A stretch of 64,000 bases of DNA from Chrysomallon squamiferum (Eukaryota; Animalia; Mollusca): positions 20,832,001 to 20,896,000 of the forward strand of contig CM022677.1 in the NCBI GenBank assembly GCA_012295275.1. Reading direction: 5' to 3'. Position numbers and translations under genes: made by a program. Shown one piece after another: positions 22,908 to 64,000 of this stretch; positions within the stretch are counted from its first letter, which is position 1, and every line of letters starts with the position of its first letter. Under the pieces are notes generated by a model that was not told the origin of the DNA, searched no databases, and saw only the letters and a list, made by a program, of their open reading frames with translations.

Positions 22908-24790
22908 TTTTTTGCTTTGTCATTGCATGTGACCTTTCGTTATGTAAGGTACACAAAGTCAGAGAGAAAACATTTTTACTATGTTTCTGTTGTGATTATT
23001 TGCTATGCAAGGTACATAAAGTTATAGAGAAATGTTTTTCATAAAAAATCTGAGAGAGACATTTCGTTTAGGTGGTTAGATTTCTGTTTAAATGTTTTTC
23101 AACTACATTTTCTATTCGAATTCTCTGCTATGATAATTAAAATGATCGAAATTGATAAATTTTAATCTTGTTGAAATATTACTGTTTTATTTTAATTTTT
23201 TTGAGTTCGCTATTAACGAATTTTGGTTCCTGATGTCCTGGGTACTACTCGCGTACAATGAGAATGAGGACCACAGTCTGAAAACCTCTTTTGTAAATAA
23301 TATCATTCTGAAAATTTTGTTCGAAAATAAAACTGTTATATACATTGCGTGTGTTTTGTATTCTGTGCATGATTTAGTTAACAATAGTCACGCAGTCACA
23401 GTATAAATACATACGCATACGCATACACACACATACAAATACATTCATGGTGGGATCAGTTCATTTTGATTACTTTCAACTATCCATCCATCCACACACA
23501 CACACACACACACACACAACACACCAATATATATATTATGCATATATAAATAATAAATAGTTTATAAATGAATATATGTTTCCACGTCTGTATGTTTGTA
23601 TGCATGCTTGCTCATATGTATTTATGTCCGCATATAGGTTCATATTAGGTATGTGTATCTTTACGCATGCATTAATCTGTGTATTATGGGTGTATATGTA
23701 TGTATATATATATACTTTTGTGTTCATATCTGTCTATTCTGTCAAACTGACTCATTTATTTAGCTTGATATCTTTTTCTTTATTTTTTCTAAATTGAATG
23801 CTTACCTGAAAACTACAAATAGACATATTATTATGCAAACAAGAGCCAGAACTACCAATATAATAAGTCCAAAAGTATAGGGTCAGTTGTTTATTGCTTC
23901 AGAAATGTATTTCTTAATCATTTGTTTGTACAAAATTCATACTAAATCACCGTTAAGAAACAGATATTTGTTTTGTTTTTTATATCCTTTCTTGAAATAA
24001 ATTAGCGATGACTGATTTTAGTTTTTGTATTGTCATGGCAACATCTTGACCCCAAAAAGCAAGAACTAGCAAGACAAGCAGGATAAGAAGCGGGATAAGA
24101 AAGAGTTCGGCAAAGACAAAGGGGCTTTAGATTCATCTAAGAGAAAACACACAAAACGATAGATTTCTCTCTGTCTTTACACAACGTGCGACCATCTTCC
24201 AAATAAGGTATTCAAAGTTCACACGAGTGACAGTTCCAATGAAATTCAGCCGCTATTAACAAAAAAAAAAAAATAAAAAAAAAAATAAAATTGAATGAAC
24301 TTATTTTGTATTATTATTATTATTATTATTATTTTGTTGTGAAAGTATTCAGTGTTATAAATAATTATGTTCTAACTCTATCCTGCGCAGTCTGAAAAAA
24401 GTAAGAAAATAATTAAATAAAAAAAAAAAACAACAGAGGAATATTTAATATACTGATTAATAATGATGCAGCACAAACGTTTAACATTCATATGCGTGAA
24501 GATATCCGTGTTTTGCTTATAAATCACGTAAAGAGATACGAATCTACATGTTTTAACTGAGATGAATAAAATTGCGTGCGTACACACATCTAAGTATCTG
24601 GAAAGCTCTAAAAAAACGTTCGCTGTAGTTGTTCGTCTGTCTTGTTAGAGAGAGAGAAAGAAAAAAAAAAACATGTATTTTATTATTATTACAAATTAAA
24701 ACAAATTAAGAAATATATATTTATTTAAAGTGGAAAATAAAGAAGAAACAAAACAAGCGGAATAAATGATAAATAAAATAAAATATGTTG

Positions 24791-24838
24791 CCCATGAGGC
24801 ATCATCATGAACTGATGACGTATTATGAAATTACGTAA
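24791..24838 (+). promoter_or_regulatory. Conserved upstream module of gene C
   Basis: CCCATGAGGC..TGATGACGTA..AAATTACGTAA, ~170 bp before the donor of a putative non-coding exon (25011). Confidence 0.55.
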
Positions 24839-25562
24839 GTAAAAAGGAAAATGCGACATAATTATCATGGCGAACTTCTGTAACGGACTTTTAAAAATAG
24901 TCTGATCGTAATAACGAAGAGCCTATATCTAAACTATCCTGAATTGTTTTGAAAACTGTTTAATGGAAATGTTTTTTTTTTTTTATTATGACATCTGTAT
25001 AACAAGAACAGGTTTGTTTTAATGTATTTGTTACTGTTATTGTCGTTTTATTTCATTTGTGCCAAACGAAAGGATAGTGAGAAAAAAAATTGTAGAGACA
25101 TTTAGCAGCAACTCCAATTCACTACCGTGTTAAAAAAAAAAGAAAAAAAAAGAAAAAAAGAGAAAACAAAATATGTTCCTTCTTGATTTTCTTTTTTCTT
25201 TTTTTTCTTTCTTTTATTTAAATACGGTGATTGGACTCCACTGGCAATTAAAACAACAACAAAAAACAACACCAACAACATCATCAATAATAAATTAATT
25301 AATTAATTAATAAATAGAGAAGCTACTGGATATTTGTATGGCATTATTAATAAGGATGCAACTTAGGCATAAACCTAATTGGAGGTTACTTTATCGTGGT
25401 GGTACGATGATGATGACATGCCTGTGCTTTATGAATAACATATAAAATTGTGCTAATGCACTTCAGATTATTATTTTGACATTTATCTCCAAATAACATG
25501 AATTATTTTCCGTCTATTTGACGCATTTTTTATTTTATTTTTATTTCTAGATTTCTGAGAAA

Positions 25563-36031
<10,469 letters not shown>

Positions 36032-37386
36032 ATTTTTACCTTGTCTCTGCATGTGACCTTTCGTTATGTGAGGTACACAAAGTCAGAGAGAACATTTTTA
36101 CTATGTTTCTGTTGTGATTATTTGCTATGCAAGGTACATAAAGTTAGAGAGAAATGTTTTTATACGTCTGTGGATGAGATAATTTGTCATAAAATCTGAG
36201 AGAGACATTTCGCTACAGAATTTACAATGCGTTGTGGTTGTTAATACTTTTGTTTTGTTCATTTCTGTTTAGAATGCTATAAATCAATTCAACTACATTT
36301 TCTATTCGAATTCATTATTATTATTTTACATCAGCTATGATAATTAAAATGATCGAAATTGATAAATCTTTAATCTTGTTGAAATATTACTGTTTTTATT
36401 TTAATTTTTTGGCGTTCGCTATTAACGAATTTTGGTTTTTGATGTCCTGGGTACTACTCGCGTACAATGAAGGTAGACTACCACAGTCTGAAAACCTCTT
36501 TTGTAAATAATATCATTCTGAAAATTTTGTTCGAAAATAAAACTGTTATATACATTGCGTGTGTTTTGTATTCTGTGCATGACTTAGTTAACAACAGTCA
36601 CGCAGTCACAGTATAAATACATACGCATACACACACATACAAATACATTCATGGTGGGATCAGTTCATTTTGATTACTTTCAACTATCCATCCATCCACA
36701 CACACACACACACACACACGCACACACCAATATATATATTATATATATATATAATAAATAGTTTATAAATGAATATGTTTCATATATATATATGTATTTT
36801 GTCTGTGTTCATATCTGTCTATTCTGTCAAACTGACTCATTTATTTAGCTTGATATCTTTTCCTTTATTTTTTTCTAAATTGAATGCTTACCTGAAAACT
36901 ACAAATAGACATATTATTATGCAAACAAGAGCCAGAACTTCACCAACATAATAAGTCCAAAAGTATAGGGTCAGTTGTTTATTGCTTGAGAAATGTATTT
37001 CTTAATCATTTGTTTGTAGAAAATTCATACTAAATCACCGTTAAGAAACAGATATTTGTTTTGTTTTTTATATCCTTTCTTGAAATAAATTAGCGATGAC
37101 TGATTTTAGTTTTTGTATTGTCATGGCAACATCTTGACCAAAAAAAGCAAGAACTAGCAAGACAAGCAGGATAAGAAGCGGGATAAGAAAGAGTTCGGCA
37201 AAGACAAGGGGGCTTTAGATTCATCTAAGAGAAAACACACAAAACGATAGATTTCTCTCTGTCTTTACACAACAAGCGACCATCTTCCCAATAAGGTATT
37301 CAAAGTTCACACGAGTGACAGTTCCAATGAAATTCAGCCGCTATTAACAAAACAAAAAACAAAAACAAAATGAATGAACTTATTTT

Positions 37387-37442
<56 letters not shown>

Positions 37443-37898
37443 TTGTTGTGAAAATATTCAGTGTTATAAATAATTATGTTCTAACTCTATCCTGCGCAGT
37501 CTGAAAAAAGTAAGAAAATAATTAAATTTAAAAAAAAAGAAGGAATATTTAATATACTGATTAATAATGATGCAGCACAAACGTTTAGTCACATTCATAT
37601 GCGTGAAGATATCCGTGTTTTGCTTATAAATCACGTAAAGAGATACGAATCTACATGTTTTAACTGAGATGAATAAAATTGCGTGCGTACACACATCTAA
37701 GTATCTGGAAAGCTCTAAAAAAACGTTCGCTGTAGTTGTTCGTCTGTCTTGTTAGAGAGAGAGAGAGAAAAAAAAAAACCATGTATTTTATTATTATTAC
37801 AAATTAAAACAAATTAAGAAATATATATTTATTTAAAGTGGAAAATAAAGAAAAAACAAAAATAGCGGAATAAATGATAAATAAAATAAAATATGTTG

Positions 37899-37948
37899 CC
37901 CATAAAAGGCCTCATCAGGAACTGATGACATATTATGAAATTACGTAA
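37899..37948 (+). promoter_or_regulatory. Conserved upstream module of gene D
   Basis: CCCATAAAAGGCCTC..TGATGACATA..AAATTACGTAA. Confidence 0.5.
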
Positions 37949-38664
37949 GTAAAAAGGAAAATGCGACATAATTATCATGGCGAACTTCTGTAACGGACTT
38001 TTAAAAATAGTCTGATCGTAATAACGAAGAGCCTATATCTAAACTATCCTGAATTGTTTTGAAAACTGTTTAATGGAAATGTTTTTATTTTTTTTATTAT
38101 GACATCTGTATAACAAGAACAGGTTTGTTTTAATGTATTTGTTACTGTTATTGTCGTTTTATTTCATTTGTGCCAAACGAAAGGATAGTGAGAAAAAAAA
38201 TTGTAGAGACATTTAGCAGCAACTCCAATTCACTACGGTGTTAAAAAAAAAAAAAAAAAGAAAAAAAAAAATATGTTCCTTCTTGATTTTCTTTTTTCTT
38301 TTTTTCTTTCTTTTATTTAAATACGGTGATTGGACTCCATTGGCAATTAAAACAACAACAAAAAACAACACCAACAATATCATCAATAATAAATTAATTA
38401 ATTAATAAATAAATAGAGAAGCTAATGGATATTTGTATGACATTATTAATACCGATGCAACTTAGGCATAAACCTAATTGGAGGTTACTTTATCGTGATG
38501 GTTACGATGATGATGACATGCCTGTGCTTTATGAATAAGATATATAAAATTGTGCTAATGCACTTCAGATTACTATTTTGACGTTTATCTCCAAATAACA
38601 TGAATTATTTTCCTTCTATTTGACGCATTTTTTACTTTCTTTTTATTTCTAGATTGCTGAGAAA

Positions 38665-59367
<20,703 letters not shown>

Positions 59368-60334
59368 ATTTTTACCTTGTCTCTGCATGTGACCTTTCGT
59401 TATGTAAGGTACACAAAGTCAGAGAGAAAACATTTTTACTATGTTTCTGTTGTGATTATTTGCTATGCAAGGTACATAAATTTAGAGAGAAATGTTTTTC
59501 TACGTCTGTGGATGAGATAATTTGTCATAATATCTGAGAGAGACATTTCGCTACAGAATGTACAATGCGTTGTGGTTGTTAATACTTTTGTTTTGTTCAT
59601 TTCTGTTTAGAATGCTATAAATCAATTCAACTACATTTTCTATTCGAATTCATTATTATTATTTTACATCAGCTATGATAATTAAAATGATCGAAATTGA
59701 TAAATCTTTAATCTTGTTGAAATATTATTGTTTTTATTTTAATTTTTTGGCGTTCGCTATTAACGAATTTTGGTTCCTGATGTCCTGGGTACTACTCGCG
59801 TACAATGAGGGTAGAGTACCACAGTCTGAAAACCTCTTTTCTAAATAATATCATTCTGAAAATTTTGTTCGCAAATAAAACTGTTATATACATTGCGTGT
59901 GTTTTGTATTCTGTTCATGACTTAGTTAAAAATAGTCACGCAGTCACAGTATAAATACATACGCATACACACACATACAGATACATTCATAAACATATAA
60001 ACACAAATTAACGCACACAAACACACACAAATGCACATACAGTCAGAGTAACATACACTTGGATATATAAACAGGCACACACATATCTATATATCTACTA
60101 TATAGCTATATATATACACAGACACACACATAGATACACAGACACACTTATTTATACTCACATATAGACACACACATATAAAGGGAGAATTAGATAATAT
60201 GTGTGTACACACTTGTATAATCAGAGAGAGAGATAGAGAGAGAGAGAGCTGAACGAAATTAAAACAGATGTTTTTTATTTTGTTTTTTCAAAGTGAATTA
60301 AAAAAATTAACAATAACAAAATAAATAGTTGAAA

Positions 60335-60384
60335 CCCATACCAGGCCTCTGGGAAAGAGCTGACGTCAATAGCAAATTACGTAA
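60335..60384 (+). promoter_or_regulatory. Conserved upstream module of gene E with full CRE and TTACGTAA
   Basis: TGACGTCA at 60361-60368 and TTACGTAA at 60377-60384. Confidence 0.6.
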
Positions 60385-61021
60385 CAGAAAAAAGAAAAGA
60401 AAAAGAACCACAACCTTGAAATCAAAGCAGTCGGACAACAGCTATCGCTAGTAAAATGATAAAAAGTTAATAATGACAATTTGAAATTTCCAGTTTATTC
60501 TGATAAACCTTTCTTCTTTATTATTATTATTTTTTTTTATTTTTTTTTTCGGAAGACTCCACAATGTCACTATTATAACAGCAGGTAAAGTTTCTTTTTG
60601 TTCTTTGGTTTTTTAACTTTTATTTTTACTTTAGTTTAATTTTAATTTTCATTAATGATTTAATTTTGTTATAATTAGCATTTTATCTCACATACAAAAC
60701 TGATAGCAGGGGACGACTACTCTTGAGACATTCGGCAATATACTTTTCTAAACGAAAATGAAAACCGAGTATTAATATATGGGCACAATGAAATATTTTT
60801 AATATTTTTTAATAATATTTAATTATGAACTTTTTAAACGTTATCAGATCCGTTCACCTTTTTCAGGAAATGGAAATTTCGATAGTAGCAAATAATCACA
60901 CATCTTTCACTAATGTCGAAACAACGCGATCATTTCTCTATTACAGATATTTGAGATATCTATATACACAAAAATATAGCAAACTAACACACGCAGACGA
61001 TTATCTAAGATTATAGATGTT

Positions 61022-61082
<61 letters not shown>

Positions 61083-61110
61083 GTTGTTGCTGTTGTTGTT
61101 GTTATTATTA

Positions 61111-61141
<31 letters not shown>

Positions 61142-61200
61142 ATTTTATCTAGGTGCTCAAAACAGTGGGAATTTCGATTAATTTGAATTTTAAGAACATC

Positions 61201-63237
61201 ATGGAAATAATTATTTTGATATTAATGTACACGCTCTTCATCTTTCATCGAGTATGTGCAGACTGTCCTTCACAATGTCGCTGTCACAACTCTTCTCTTA
61301 TTTATGAAGTCGTTTGTCCAGAATCACCAAATTTCTTTCCCGATCTGTCCGTTCTGAAACAAGTGAGAAAGACTGTTCGACTTGTTATATACCTCCATCC
61401 TTCCAAGACTTTATCAAAATCAGATTTCCCGTTCAATTCAACAATAAATAGTCTTCGAATCAAGTCAAGAAGTAGCCCTTCTCTTGCAAGTGAGGCTTTG
61501 ATTAGATTGTCACATTCATTAGGATATCTGAGTCTTCGAGGTGCTGGGATATCTTTTGGAAGCAAGATGACATTTCTGAAAGGACTTACGAAGCTGAATA
61601 AGCTTATACTGAGCGGGAACCAGCAAGCGGACGGGGTTCTGCACCAAGCCTGTTTCACTGACCTAAATCTCGTCTCTCTGACTGACATACAGCTAGACAA
61701 CTGCAACCTGATACACATACACGAACATGCCTTCAACGATTTAGAGTCACTACGAATTATAAATCTGAACTCTAACAAGCTAGAAAGTGTGAGTTCAGCA
61801 TTGAATTATGCCGTAAGTGTTACTTCTCTAAACCTGGGAAACAACAGCATCAAGATAATTCGAAATGAAGACTTGAGAGGACTTGGGAAATTAGAGACGT
61901 TGATACTGAGTGGCAATCAACATTTGACTTTTGAATCAAACAGTTTGACAGAATTAACAACGGTCTTGAAAGTGCTTGTGTTGCGAAACTGCAAACTGGA
62001 TGATGTACCAACTTGTATTCGTAATTTCACTAAATTAAAAAAACTCGATCTTGCTGACAATCCGCTTACATCTTTTACTAGAGAGTCTCTCGCAGGAGAA
62101 ATGTGTATCGAGGAACTTGATGTTAGTGGAACAAACTTTCCATTGTCACCAACAGTTTTCAGTGCACAAAAAGACTGTTTGAGAAAATTATCACTAAATA
62201 GGAGAAATTTAACTGTAATTCCAACACAGATTTTAGAAAACGTACCAAATCTAAGAAAAATAAACCTAGAGAGCAACAAAATAAAATCTGTACTAGCAAA
62301 CTCTTTTCGAGGATATCCCATAACAGATCTGGACTTGTCTGAAAATCCACTGATTATAATTGATGGGAACATGTTCAAAAAATTTGGTTTTCATCTTTCT
62401 ATTGGGCTTAAGAATACTAAACTGGTAGATGTGGACTTCGTTCTTCAGTATGAAAGAAAGAAATTCCGTGACATTAACGTGATGGGCACAGAACTCGTTT
62501 GCAGCTGTAGTCTGTATAAAATAATGCTTGATTTACCTAATGATGTTCTCTATGGACATTGCATGGATGGGCTAAAGAAAGTCTCTTTTATGGAAGAACG
62601 GTCGAAATCACATCTACAAAATAAATATAAGTGTGATAGTGAGTATTAAGTAATTGTGGACAATGTGTTAGTTACAGCAACTGTTACTATTTCGGCTACT
62701 ACTACTATTACAATTACTGCTATTACTACAACAAACACTCCTACTTCTGATGCTTCTACAACTATTATTATTATTCTATTGTTATTGCTATCGTCATTGT
62801 CAGCAACATCAAGAGAATTATCAGTATGATAATTATAATTACCATGACAACTGCGAATAATACGCATCGCTGTTTATCCATTGACCATCCATGCATGGAT
62901 GTGTACGAATTTTTGCCTGATATCTGTAACGTTTGGTACACACTAACTTAGTATTATTGATGGCTCTATAAATTTAAATAGAGTGATCATAAATAACACT
63001 CTATCTATCTATCTCTCTATCTATCTATCTATATGTATATATATATATGGTTTTATCTTTCTTCTTGTTTCTTAGTTACTGGAGTTTGGTCGTTATGGCG
63101 ACGATCCGAATTTGGTGCGTGTGACGGTAGGTGTTTTCAGACAGTAAGGTACGAACGCAGATGTCTGAAGCTAGGAACATGTTCTGGCACAGAAATGCGA
63201 AAGAGACACGTGAGATGTTGGGAGTCTTGTCATAAGG
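61201..63237 (+). CDS. Gene E: LRR + TSP1 protein, close paralog of gene A (continues beyond window)
   Basis: LRR exon acceptor at 61153, ATG 61201, donor GAT A|GTGAGT at 62638; TSP1-like exon 63076-63237 (TGVWSLWRRSEFGACDGRCFQTVRYERRC...). Confidence 0.9.
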
Positions 63238-63284
63238 GTAACTCAGTTGTTCACTCAAGATCAAAAACTAAAATCACTGTCTTT

Positions 63285-63825
63285 TCATTTAAAACTGCAG
63301 TTTTCTCAACTAAGGCTGTAAATTATGACTCTGTCTGGTTAACCTGTAATGTTCTTAATTAGCACTGCGTATCATTCTTAATTATAACACTACGTATAAT
63401 TAAACTGAGATCATCTGAACTAAAATTGTAAATTATATTTCTGTTTAATTAAGCTACAGAGTTTGGAACTAAAATTGTAAATTATGTTTCTATTTGGTTA
63501 AGCTGCGGCGTTTTCAGCTAACACTGTAAACTATAATTTTGTGTAGTTAAGCTGTAGTGTTGTCATGGTAACATAAATTATGACGTTGTTCAGTTAAGCG
63601 CTGATGTTCTCAATTAGCATTGGAAAATATAATTTTTGTCAAGTTAAGCTGCAGTATTTTCAACTAACATACTAAAATATAATTGTCCAGTTAAGCTCTA
63701 ACGATCTCAAAGAAACATTGTGAATTATGATTTTTGTCTAGTTAAGCTGTAGTGCTGTGAACTAACATTTTAAATTATGATTTTTCCTAGTTAAGCTGCA
63801 GAGCTCTAAACTATGATGTAAATTA
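63285..63825. repeat. Degenerate ~50-bp minisatellite, roughly 10 copies
   Basis: Recurring AACTAA..TGTAAATTATGA..TTTGTCTAGTTAAGCTG(C/T)AG unit. Confidence 0.8.
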
Positions 63826-64000
63826 TATCAGATACATTATAGCAACCGACTTTACTTCACACATAAGATCTATATTACGTTCTTCTTCTTCTTCTTCTTC
63901 TTATTATTATTATTGCTGTTGTTGTTGTTGTTGCTGTTGTTGCTGTTATTGTTATTGGTGTTGTTGTTGTTATTATTATTATTACTATTCTTATTGGTAT

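Noticed and set aside
61153-61200. GTG-initiated N-terminal extension of gene E in the ORF track
   Set aside because: 61153 is the splice acceptor position; ATG 61201 matches the gene A start and begins the signal peptide.

Overview
AT-rich, microsatellite-dense animal genomic DNA (cephalopod or other mollusc is my inference from repeat style, not proven). The window is one tandem cluster of five paralogous intron-containing genes. Each begins with a single large exon encoding a signal peptide and leucine-rich repeats (LRR) with Cys caps, followed by symmetric phase-1 thrombospondin type-1 (TSP1) exons and micro-exons. Gene A (- strand, ATG 11430) runs off the left edge. Gene B (+, ATG 14212) is head-to-head with A. 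Genes C (25563-36031) and D (38665-59367) are complete type-I membrane proteins: LRR, RRRKR furin-like micro-exon, 6 or 12 TSP1 domains, TM helix and a short tail with NPAF. Gene E (+, ATG 61201) is a close inverted paralog of A and runs off the right edge. Unusual features: TSP1 stalk length varying by 3.15-kb tandem cassettes, an in-register 5-LRR deletion in C/D, a ~400-bp inverted copy of the TM exon downstream of B and C, a near-identical TM/tail module behind the divergent gene B, and a conserved bZIP-site module plus 4-codon uORF upstream of four paralogs. All exon structures were read by eye from splice signals and reading frame; none is transcript-verified. C and D could be uncollapsed haplotypes.
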